Shown: positions 18,455 through 26,409, counted from the stretch's first letter. The stretch is 33,363 bases of DNA from an uncultured Campylobacterales bacterium (GCA_964487285.1 CAZAPZ010000003.1:1-33363); one strand, 5' to 3'. Program-made: numbers and translations. Notes: generated from the sequence alone by a model not told the origin.

Positions 18455-21400
18455 TCAGCTTTTTTTCTTAATTCCGTTTTTTTTCTCAAACTTTTTTATT
18501 ATATTATATATTTCAGGAATACCGTTAACTTTTTCAAAATAGATCGTATAATCTCCTATAAATCCAGCTTTCCCATTATAGCTTGTTATTATAGCCATAA
18601 CATTAGAAAGGTCAATAGGATAATTAGAGCTAAAGCTAACTATAAGTTTTTTATTATGAAAGTCAACCGATTTTGCTCCAATTGCCGCCGCCCTGTTTTT
18701 TATCACCGCTGCTGATATTATAGCTTCAAATTCGTCAGGAAGTCTGCCATAACGATCATGCGCTTCATAAATCAGTTTGTTAGCATCTTGCAAATCCGAA
18801 GCTCCAAGACGCTGATACCAGATAAGTCGTTCATTTTCGTTCATTAGTCCTGTTGGAATATAGCTTGCAATATCCCACGAAAGCTCAGCGGCTTCCGTTC
18901 CGCTATGATATGTTCCTCTAATTTTACCTGCCGCTTCCTTTACCATCTTGTGATAGAGAGAAAATCCGACAAAAAACGATTTTCCTTTCTGCTCTATGCC
19001 AAGCGGGTTTCCCGAACCGCGAATTTTATTATCGCTAACCGATAGTTCCATAGACGATCCAAACCCTTTACTAAATTTATTAAGCGCCGCAAGTCTCTTT
19101 TTTGCATTTTCCGTAAGATTTTTAGCTTTATCGATAAGAAAGACGGCTTTTGCAAACTTGTTAGATCTCCCAACCCTGCCTCTAAGTTGATAAAGATCTG
19201 AAAGGCCGAAATTTTGAGCTTCATCAACAATAATTGTGTTGACATCCGAAATGTCCAACCCCGATTCAATAATTGCAGTTGAAAGCAGAACATCATACTT
19301 GTGATTTCTAAAATCATTCATAATGACTTTGGATCTTGACTTTATCATCTGCCCATGAATAGTTGCAATTTTTGCATGCGGAACTAATGCGGCTATTTTA
19401 TCATAAATCTCTTTTATATCTTCTATCCTGTTATGAACAAAATAAACTTGGCCATGCTGCCTTAATTCCCAAAGAATGGCATCTTGAATAGTTTTGTCGG
19501 TTTTTGCCAATATTCGCGTATCAATTGGAATCCTATTCCGGGGAGGCGTATTTATTGTGCTTATATCCCAAATTCCGGACAAAGCCATTTGCAAAGTTCT
19601 TGGAATGGGTGTAGCTGAAACAGTAACAACATCTATATCGGAACGGTTTTTCTTAAGCTGCTCCTTAAATTTAACACCGAAACGCTGTTCCTCGTCAACA
19701 ATGACAAGTGATAACCGTTTTAATTTATCAGCATATTTTGTCACTGAGGCTGTCCCGATTAAAATATCAAAATTATCAATATTTGTGACATCCGACTTCA
19801 AATCAATGCGTTTTATATTAACAGGAAATTCTGAAAAACGCTTTGAGAAAACATCATAATGCTGATCTGCCAAAAGCGTTGTAGGAGCAACAACTATTAC
19901 TTGCCTGTTAGAAAACAGAGCTACCGCAGCCGCTACAAGAACAACCTCTGTTTTGCCAAATCCGGTTCCTCCCGTTATGAGTCTGTCTATGGGAATATCA
20001 CTTGACATGTCAGATTTTAAATCAGCTATAGCTTTTTTTTGATCATCGGTTCTGCAATATGGAAAACTCTCCTCAAATTGGAAAAGATACGGATTATCAA
20101 GATCGTAAGGCGTTCGCCTCGCAACAAAGCGTTTTGCATAAATAGCTGCATATCTTTTTGCCATTATAAGAATAGCCTTGTACGCCTTTTCTTTACGTTT
20201 TTTAAAAGCTTCAGATCCGAGACTATCAAGAAGATCTGGTTCCGCTCCATCATATTTTGCTATTTTCGCAGCATCGCTGATTGGCAAGTATAAAATTTCA
20301 TCGTTTCTATAAATAATTTTATACATCTGGTTTACAAAATCTGAATCGGTGATTTCTACTATCCCTGCAAATTTTCCTATTCCGTAATCTTTATGCACAA
20401 CAAAATCATCGATTTTAATGAGTTCAACGTGCGGTCTATCTTCTATATCTCTTTTTTTATGTTTAAACAATTGTTCAAAAGAGATATAGCATGAATTCCC
20501 GAAACAAAAATTATCGGCAAGATATCCTTTTTCGTACTTTATGCCGTCCTGTTTCAAAAGCGGCTTTATCCTTTTCAACTCTTCGTAATTTTCAGAAATA
20601 ATTGTAATCTTATCGGCGTCAAGATTTGATATCCGGTCAAGCTTATTTTTAATACTGCCTGTTATTTTAAGCTCGGTATATTTTGATTTCATATGAGATA
20701 TTGCAATTGAACTACTGGTTTTAAACCGTTCTATCTTATCTCTACCTGATATTATTGCAGACGGAGCTATCAGTTCAATTGCAGCTCTGTTTTTATATCG
20801 CCAGTAAGCTTCATTATAAAATATCTCAAAATTGATTCTGTCATCTATAATAATAGAAAAGCCCGAAAAAAGATCCGACGGATCACTTTTGAAATAATCG
20901 GTTTTCCATATTGATTCATCAGTATGGAAACTTTTTCCAAATTCATTTGCAGGAGTTACTGAAATCTTATTTATATATTCGGTCGATAATTGCGTTTTGC
21001 ATGAGAAAAACCGCATTGAATCAATTGTATCACCATAAAATTCTATTCTAAGCGGATCATCGTAAATTGGAATAAAACAATCAACTATTCCGCCTTTCAC
21101 TCTATATTGCCCTTTTGAAATCACCTGATCGCTATTTGTATAACCACTTGCAGAAAGAGTTTCAACAAAGCTGTACAAATCAAGCGGTTTACCTGTTTTT
21201 ATGTTGAAAAAACGACTTTTGAGACGATCTATACTGTTGATTTTGTAAAAAAGTGCCTCCGGTTCTGCAACAACAATTTTTGTATTTCTGCTATCAATCT
21301 GATAAAAAAATAGCATTCGCCTACTTAAAATCTTATCAGAAATCAATCTATCTTCATAAGGCATGAGATTGAAACCGGGAAATATAATCGGCACCGAACC

Positions 21401-21565
21401 GGATGAAAAAAACATAAGTTCATTGTAAACCCTTTCAATCTCATCTGCGGGTACAATAATTAGTGTGTTTGAAGTAAACTCGGATAAATAATGCGATGCG
21501 GCTGAAAGATTTGGAAAATCTTTAATCAATGACAGGCCATCGGGCAATTTGTTTTTCAGGCACAT
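18455..21565 (-). CDS. mfd: transcription-repair coupling factor
   Basis: Has a UvrB-homology segment (YRVKGGIVDCFIPIYDDPLRIEFYGDTIDSMRFF) and a RID (DFVVHKDYGIGKFAGI). The helicase motifs are GGTGFGKTEV, VDEEQRFGV and QLRGRVGRS. There is also a C-terminal D7-like region. Confidence 0.9.
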   Translation of the reverse strand: MCLKNKLPDGLSLIKDFPNLSAASHYLSEFTSNTLIIVPADEIERVYNELMFFSSGSVPIIFPGFNLMPYEDRLISDKILSRRMLFFYQIDSRNTKIVVAEPEALFYKINSIDRLKSRFFNIKTGKPLDLYSFVETLSASGYTNSDQVISKGQYRVKGGIVDCFIPIYDDPLRIEFYGDTIDSMRFFSCKTQLSTEYINKISVTPANEFGKSFHTDESIWKTDYFKSDPSDLFSGFSIIIDDRINFEIFYNEAYWRYKNRAAIELIAPSAIISGRDKIERFKTSSSIAISHMKSKYTELKITGSIKNKLDRISNLDADKITIISENYEELKRIKPLLKQDGIKYEKGYLADNFCFGNSCYISFEQLFKHKKRDIEDRPHVELIKIDDFVVHKDYGIGKFAGIVEITDSDFVNQMYKIIYRNDEILYLPISDAAKIAKYDGAEPDLLDSLGSEAFKKRKEKAYKAILIMAKRYAAIYAKRFVARRTPYDLDNPYLFQFEESFPYCRTDDQKKAIADLKSDMSSDIPIDRLITGGTGFGKTEVVLVAAAVALFSNRQVIVVAPTTLLADQHYDVFSKRFSEFPVNIKRIDLKSDVTNIDNFDILIGTASVTKYADKLKRLSLVIVDEEQRFGVKFKEQLKKNRSDIDVVTVSATPIPRTLQMALSGIWDISTINTPPRNRIPIDTRILAKTDKTIQDAILWELRQHGQVYFVHNRIEDIKEIYDKIAALVPHAKIATIHGQMIKSRSKVIMNDFRNHKYDVLLSTAIIESGLDISDVNTIIVDEAQNFGLSDLYQLRGRVGRSNKFAKAVFLIDKAKNLTENAKKRLAALNKFSKGFGSSMELSVSDNKIRGSGNPLGIEQKGKSFFVGFSLYHKMVKEAAGKIRGTYHSGTEAAELSWDIASYIPTGLMNENERLIWYQRLGASDLQDANKLIYEAHDRYGRLPDEFEAIISAAVIKNRAAAIGAKSVDFHNKKLIVSFSSNYPIDLSNVMAIITSYNGKAGFIGDYTIYFEKVNGIPEIYNIIKKFEKKNGIKKKS

Positions 21566-21659
21566 CGCAAACTATGAAAGACAAAGGAATAATCATTTTT
21601 TTAAACAGACATCCTGTTTCCAACTTTCATTCGGAAAAATTGAACAATATGCAATCCTT

Positions 21660-21686
21660 CTGCCACTGCGAACCGACGCAGGGCAG
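21660..21686 (-). terminator. GC-rich bulged stem-loop downstream of the aminopeptidase gene (possible terminator or RNA-stabilising hairpin)
   Basis: The minus strand reads CTGCCCTGCG-TCGGTT-CGCAGTGGCAG, a 10-bp stem with one bulged A. It lies 24 nt after the TAA at 21711-21713. There is no U-tract immediately 3-prime; the nearest U-rich run is about 13 nt away. Confidence 0.35.
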
Positions 21687-21710
21687 TTTCAATTATCAAT
21701 AAATTTGAAA

Positions 21711-23114
21711 TTATCCTTTCTCTATAAACTGTTTATAAGCCCGATAGCTCTCGTAAAGATCAATTTTCGATGAAATTTCGTAAGGCGAATGCATAGATAT
21801 GAGTGCCGGCCCCGCATCAATAACATTCATACCATATTTTGCAAGAAATTTCGCAACCGTTCCTCCGCCGCCTTCATCAACCTTGCCAAGTTCACCTGTC
21901 TGCCATACTATGTCCGCTTTATCAAAAACAGTTCTAATATGAGAAACCCATTCTGCGTCTGCATCGTTTGCCATATATTTTCCGCCGTGTCCGGTAAATT
22001 TTGTCATCACTATACCGCTGCCGAGAAAGCTCGCATTGTCTTTTTCATATACGGATTTGTAAAGCGGGTTTAGCGCTCCGTTGACATCAGCTGAGATTGC
22101 TCCGCTTTTTGATAACAGTTCGAGCATACCCGCCTCATCAACAGGTATTCCAAACTCTTGTGCCGCCTCGTAAATTCCCTTTATTAAAAATAGCGAATTC
22201 ATTCCGGTTGCACCATCCGAACCTATCTCTTCTTTATCGGCAAGAAGTACAACGGTTGTGTACAAAGGAGTTTCGGAATCAAAAAGCGCTTTGCATGATG
22301 CAAATGCACAGATCCTATCATCCTGACCATATCCCGCGATCATGCTTCTATCAATACCAAGATCCAATGCTTCCATTGCAGGAACAATTTCAAGTTCGCT
22401 TGTTATAAAATCATTTTCTGTGATATGATACTTTTCGTTGAGCAGTTTAAGCAGATGCAGCTTTACCATATCCTTACCATCATCATCTGTTTCAGGTATA
22501 CTCCCTGCTAAAAGCGAGAGATTCTCACCGGTTATAATTTCGCCTGATTTTTTGTCATCCTGAACCTTATGTGATAGATGCGGGCATAGATCGGGCACAA
22601 CAAATGTCATGCCCTCATCCTTGCCCAGCTTTATCTGAATCGTATTTCCATCTTTGTCAATTATAATGCCCCGCATCTCTAACGGAATGTTTGCCCACTG
22701 ATATTTTTTAATCCCGCCATAATAATGAGTATGGAAAAACAGGAGATTATCCTCCTCATACATGGGAATCTGCTTTAAATCAATCCGTGGACAATCAACA
22801 TGAGATGCTATAATTCTCACGCCATCGGTAATTGGTTGTTTTCCCTTTTTTATGAGCATAAGGTTTTTGCCTCTGTTATTTATAAACATAAGTCCGCTTT
22901 TCTCATTCTCATAGCCCTGTTTATGGGCTTCGTTTTGAAAATAGCGCACAGTTTCCCGCTCCGTTCTCACACTGTTTAAAAATATTTTGTAGCTATCGGC
23001 AAAATCAAACACTTTTTTATAATCACTTCTTTTAGTCTTCTTCCATCCTGTGGATCTTTTATAGAATAAACTCTTTTTCAAATCATCTATCTTTTTACTT
23101 TCCTTGCCTGCCAT
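21711..23114 (-). CDS. M18-family aminopeptidase
   Basis: Metal-ligand contexts typical of M18 are present: ASHVDCPRIDLK, GYGQDDRICAF, LADKEEIGSDGATG and ISMHSPYE. ATG 23112-23114 has GGAGG 7 nt upstream. Confidence 0.8.
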   Translation of the reverse strand: MAGKESKKIDDLKKSLFYKRSTGWKKTKRSDYKKVFDFADSYKIFLNSVRTERETVRYFQNEAHKQGYENEKSGLMFINNRGKNLMLIKKGKQPITDGVRIIASHVDCPRIDLKQIPMYEEDNLLFFHTHYYGGIKKYQWANIPLEMRGIIIDKDGNTIQIKLGKDEGMTFVVPDLCPHLSHKVQDDKKSGEIITGENLSLLAGSIPETDDDGKDMVKLHLLKLLNEKYHITENDFITSELEIVPAMEALDLGIDRSMIAGYGQDDRICAFASCKALFDSETPLYTTVVLLADKEEIGSDGATGMNSLFLIKGIYEAAQEFGIPVDEAGMLELLSKSGAISADVNGALNPLYKSVYEKDNASFLGSGIVMTKFTGHGGKYMANDADAEWVSHIRTVFDKADIVWQTGELGKVDEGGGGTVAKFLAKYGMNVIDAGPALISMHSPYEISSKIDLYESYRAYKQFIEKG

Positions 23115-23185
23115 TTAACTTCCTCCTATATATGTACGACATAATAAACATTTTTTTCTATTTTTCCATCTTCATGTTAGAAAAT

Positions 23186-23214
23186 TAGACAAAAAGAAGT
23201 AACAGCGGTATAAT
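23186..23214 (+). promoter_or_regulatory. sigma70-like promoter of the diguanylate cyclase gene, positioned for a leaderless transcript
   Basis: The -35 is TAGACA (23186-23191), followed by a 17-nt spacer and a perfect -10 TATAAT (23209-23214). Only 6 nt (tcagtt) separate the -10 from ATG 23221, and there is no SD. Confidence 0.45.
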
Positions 23215-23220
23215 TCAGTT

Positions 23221-24618
23221 ATGATGGCAAACAAATCAGTTGAACAACAGTTTGAGCCTCAAAAAACTAAAGAGATATTATTAAGAAGACTCATTATTGT
23301 CATACCGTTAGTGACAGTTCTTATGGTTTTTATCGCCTATATAATCCTGTTTGATATCTTTTCATATAAGCTAAAAGATATCGGTCTCGGATATGTAAAA
23401 AAATATTATATTGCGTCTCAAAAAGATGAGCAAAAATCAATAATAAAAAATTTTCGAGGCTTGATAAATAACGAGATAAGTCAAGCTGCAAAAGATACCC
23501 AAGCAAAAAGCAGAAAAAACGCAAAAAAATATGTAGAATCATTGATCTTAAAACAGATAAGTGATACGAAATATTCTAAAGACGGATATATTTTTGCCAT
23601 TGCATATAATGGCGTTACATTGGCTAATCCCAAAAAGAGTTTGATAGGTAAAAATAACTGGAATCTCACGGTTGACGGTGAAAAAATTGTTCAGAAACTC
23701 ATTAAAGCTGCACGACAAAACCCATCGGGAGCTTTTGTTAGATATACCGGAAGCAGTAAACCTTCAACTGGTCTTCCTGCAAAAAAAATCTCTTATGTAG
23801 CGGCAATCCCAAAATTAAAGTGGATTATAGGAAGCGGTTTTTATCTTGATGATATTAATACATTCGTTATAAAAAAGGAAAGAATTATCAATGGAATAAT
23901 TAAAAATTCATTAACAAAAATAGCTTATTTTATGATGGCTGTAATATTACTTGTTTTTATCTCATCGGTATTTCTCTCTAAAATATTAAAGAATATTTTC
24001 GTGAAGTATAGCAATAATATACTACGGCAAAATAAACTGCTTGAACAAAAAGTGCATGAACGAACGGACAAACTTAATACTTTGAACAGAAAACTGGCAG
24101 CTGCCAATGAGAGAGCGAATATCATGGCTGTTACAGATCCGCTGACATTGCTTTTTAATAGATTTCATATGGATAAACAACTCAATAATGAGATAGATCG
24201 TTTCAAAAGAACCAACCGCAGCTTTGCACTAATTTTTGCCGATATTGATAATTTTAAAAGTATTAATGATACATGCGGACATGGTTGCGGAGATTTCATA
24301 CTTGTATCTATCGCGCAAATTATGAAAAAATGTTTAAGAAAAATAGACACAATATCAAGATGGGGCGGCGAGGAATTTTTGATTTTACTGCCGGATACCG
24401 ATAGAGCCGGCGCGGCGGCGGCGGCGGAAAAGATAAGAGAAACTGTTGAAAATGCTAAACTTAAATATGGGGAAAATTTCTATAAAATAACAGTTACAAT
24501 TGGCGTATCAGTATATAATGACGCACAACTATCGGCAATCAATGTTATAAATAGAGCAGACAACGCAATGTATAGCGGAAAATTACAAGGCAAAAATTGC
24601 GTGATACACTCTCGATAA
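23221..24618 (+). CDS. membrane-bound diguanylate cyclase with periplasmic single-Cache sensor domain
   Basis: The order is TM1, a Cache-like region (DGYIFAIAYNGVTLANP...GKNNWNLTVDGEKIV...KISYVAAIPKLKWIIGSGFYLDD), TM2, a coiled coil and a GGDEF domain. The GGDEF domain has RWGGEEF and an RxxD I-site (RKID) five residues upstream. Confidence 0.85.
   Translation: MMANKSVEQQFEPQKTKEILLRRLIIVIPLVTVLMVFIAYIILFDIFSYKLKDIGLGYVKKYYIASQKDEQKSIIKNFRGLINNEISQAAKDTQAKSRKNAKKYVESLILKQISDTKYSKDGYIFAIAYNGVTLANPKKSLIGKNNWNLTVDGEKIVQKLIKAARQNPSGAFVRYTGSSKPSTGLPAKKISYVAAIPKLKWIIGSGFYLDDINTFVIKKERIINGIIKNSLTKIAYFMMAVILLVFISSVFLSKILKNIFVKYSNNILRQNKLLEQKVHERTDKLNTLNRKLAAANERANIMAVTDPLTLLFNRFHMDKQLNNEIDRFKRTNRSFALIFADIDNFKSINDTCGHGCGDFILVSIAQIMKKCLRKIDTISRWGGEEFLILLPDTDRAGAAAAAEKIRETVENAKLKYGENFYKITVTIGVSVYNDAQLSAINVINRADNAMYSGKLQGKNCVIHSR
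24412..24426. repeat. (GCG)5 trinucleotide run inside a 21-nt all-G/C stretch (24406-24426)
   Basis: Read directly: gcc ggc gcg gcg gcg gcg gcg. It is in frame and encodes AGAAAAA in the helix after GGEEF. Confidence 0.95.
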
Positions 24619-24738
24619 TGATACCGCTGCATAATCAGAGATTTTAACTGAGAAAAATAAAACAAAAAATTTGTCATTAGAAGTATCGAAATCTATTTTT
24701 AAGCCACACTCAAAACTTTTCAGCCCACTATTCACAAA

Positions 24739-24984
24739 TCAACGACCTCTTATAATTCTAATCTCAACATTTCTTCCAACTAAGAGGTTCTTATTAATCT
24801 TCGAATTTGTAACAATAATCAATGTTTTGGAATTTTCATTATTTTCCATACCTAATTTATTACTTCTTGATCTTGATTTTCTTATCCCGACAATTTTCCC
24901 ATGATACAGTTTATTTCTTGATATCTCTTCTCTGTTTGTACCAACCTTATTGCTTTTGTATAAGGATTGAATAATTATATCCAT
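24739..24984 (-). CDS. hypothetical small basic protein, TRAM-domain-like (resembles the C-terminal end of MiaB/RimO-type methylthiotransferases)
   Basis: ATG is at 24982-24984, with GGAGG (24995-24999) 10 nt upstream. It encodes 81 aa rich in K, N, R and S. The pattern REEISRNKLYHGKIVGI..SRS..LGMENNENSKTLIIV..NLLVGRNVEIRII resembles the linker plus TRAM region by eye. No radical-SAM part is present. Confidence 0.45.
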   Translation of the reverse strand: MDIIIQSLYKSNKVGTNREEISRNKLYHGKIVGIRKSRSRSNKLGMENNENSKTLIIVTNSKINKNLLVGRNVEIRIIRGR

Positions 24985-25042
24985 TCTAAAATAACCTCCA
25001 TCTTATATATCGGTTATTTATATCATTTCTTTATGTATAAAA

Positions 25043-25070
25043 ATTATGAACTATAGAAACCACTGCACAA
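25043..25070 (-). promoter_or_regulatory. candidate promoter for the 81-codon ORF
   Basis: On the minus strand the -35 is TTGTGC (25065-25070), followed by a 16-nt spacer and the -10 CATAAT (25043-25048). Confidence 0.25.
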
Positions 25071-25152
25071 TTTATCTTTTCAGTGCATTCCGTCGTCAGC
25101 GATTGGCCTCATTATTCTTCTTTAAGCTGTTTAAGCATATTTTAGCAAATAG

Positions 25153-26409
25153 CTATGCAAGTTCTCCAAATGAGCTGATCGGCTTAATAAGAATTATTGT
25201 AACCCGATCCCCTTTTTTGATATTGTTAACACCCACGGGAATATCCATTAAAGCCGCATCTCCAACCAAACCGGTTAGGATTCCCGAGCCTTGCCTTTTA
25301 AGATCAGGTATCACATGAAAACCCTTATTTAAGTTGTATGTGACTTTAACCCTTGCAAGTTCCTCTCGCTTTGCTTTTTTTCGGCAGAAATCTTCGTCCA
25401 ATGTTGCTTTAACACGTGGAAGATCTGTATTCTTAAAACCTGCAAGTTTCTTTATAAGGGGATATGCATACAATAAAAAGCCGACGGCTGATGATACCGG
25501 GAAACCAGGCAGCCCGAATATATACCTGTTCTCATCATATCTGCCAAAAAGTATGGGCTTGCCAGGTTTCTGTAAAACGCCATGAAAAACGATGTTAACT
25601 CCTATCTCAGGCACAACGTCTTTAACAAAATCATAGTTTCCGGCGGAGACTCCGCCTGTTGTAATTACCACATCGGAACGATTAAGTTCAGTTTTGATTG
25701 TCTCGGCAGTTGATTTACGGTCATCTTTTAATCGTTTACAAATTACAAAACCTGCGCCAGCCTGTTTCAATAAACCTGTCAATGTGTAACTGTTACTATC
25801 TCTAATTGCAGACTTGCCTGGCTGGGTGTCGCCAAGATCAAGGAGTTCATCACCGGTTGAAACAATTGATACCGTTGGAATTCTATATACAAAAAGATAA
25901 GACCTGTCGACCTCGGCAGCCATTCCAATTTCAGCAGCCCCCATTCTCGTTCCTTTGGGAACCACAACTTCACCTGCCTCGAAGTCTTCTCCTATATCAC
26001 GAACATTCTTTCCTGAAGAAATAGGTCTTTTAAAAACAATATTCTTGCCTGAAATTGCGATCTCTTCTCTCATAACAACGGCATCTGACCCGCCAGGTAC
26101 TGGAGCTCCGGTAAAAACCAATTGAGTATCTCCGTTATTTAAAACTTTTTTTGGCATTCTTCCGGCTCTTACAGTATCCGTTAATTTTAATTTCAAAAAA
26201 TTTTTTTCCGTTGCAAGTGTCAGATCATCTGATTTAACGGCATATCCATCTACAGCGGAAATTTTAACTTCAGGATGGTTCATTTTAGCTGCTATATCAT
26301 TGGCAAGCACCCTACCATAAGCCTCCGATAGCAATATTCTCTCAACTCCAATAGGTTTTACCCCAACTTTAACTAACTTAATTGCTTCTTGGATTGATAT
26401 TAATTCCAT
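25153..26409 (-). CDS. moeA: molybdopterin molybdenumtransferase
   Basis: MoeA N-terminal and linker domains are present, along with the MoCF motif VVITTGGVSAGNYDF, then LQKPGKP and a C-terminal beta-barrel. Of the two tandem ATGs, the second (26407-26409) has AGGAG at 5 nt, while the first has it at only 2 nt. Confidence 0.85.
   Translation of the reverse strand: MELISIQEAIKLVKVGVKPIGVERILLSEAYGRVLANDIAAKMNHPEVKISAVDGYAVKSDDLTLATEKNFLKLKLTDTVRAGRMPKKVLNNGDTQLVFTGAPVPGGSDAVVMREEIAISGKNIVFKRPISSGKNVRDIGEDFEAGEVVVPKGTRMGAAEIGMAAEVDRSYLFVYRIPTVSIVSTGDELLDLGDTQPGKSAIRDSNSYTLTGLLKQAGAGFVICKRLKDDRKSTAETIKTELNRSDVVITTGGVSAGNYDFVKDVVPEIGVNIVFHGVLQKPGKPILFGRYDENRYIFGLPGFPVSSAVGFLLYAYPLIKKLAGFKNTDLPRVKATLDEDFCRKKAKREELARVKVTYNLNKGFHVIPDLKRQGSGILTGLVGDAALMDIPVGVNNIKKGDRVTIILIKPISSFGELA

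Noticed and set aside
18455-21565. Mfd is about 100 aa shorter than my recollection of E. coli Mfd, raising the question of a missing domain.
   Set aside because: The UvrB-homology segment, RID, all the helicase motifs I checked (Walker A, DEEQ box, QLRGRVGRS) and a C-terminal region are present. The shortfall maps to the poorly conserved region between D2 and the RID. There is no evidence of functional loss.
21603-21619. The hairpin AAACAG-ACATC-CTGTTT next to a T7/A7 run, considered as an intrinsic terminator.
   Set aside because: The T-run precedes the stem on the plus strand and an A-run follows it on the minus strand, so neither orientation gives stem plus U-tract. The 6-bp A/T-rich stem is also weak.
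21682-21693. The 12-mer GGCAGTTTCAAT occurs on the plus strand at 21682-21693 and in reverse complement at 33212-33223, considered as a possible dispersed repeat.
   Set aside because: In a 33-kb, two-strand, AT-biased window, dozens of 12-nt coincidences are expected by chance. The flanks do not extend the match.
24739-24825. The C-terminal segment LIIVTNSKINKNLLVGRNVEIRII resembles the N-terminus of CsrA (MLILTRK.NE.I.IGD.I.I.V).
   Set aside because: The rest of CsrA (the GxxRLGIxAP...REE part) is absent in all frames downstream of the stop. The resemblance is to a generic beta-hairpin pattern that TRAM domains also share.
24671-24904. A hydrophobic 77-aa plus-strand ORF downstream of the GGDEF gene, considered as a possible small membrane protein.
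   Set aside because: It starts with TTG and has no SD. It is the mirror image of the K/N/R-rich 81-codon minus-strand ORF, which has ATG, GGAGG and a domain-like pattern. Its hydrophobicity is explained by complementing AAA/AAT/AGA codons.
24739-24984. The 81-aa ORF considered as a PilZ c-di-GMP receptor, because it sits next to a diguanylate cyclase.
   Set aside because: No RxxxR ... (D/N)xSxxG motif pair can be placed in the sequence. The genes are convergent, not co-transcribed.
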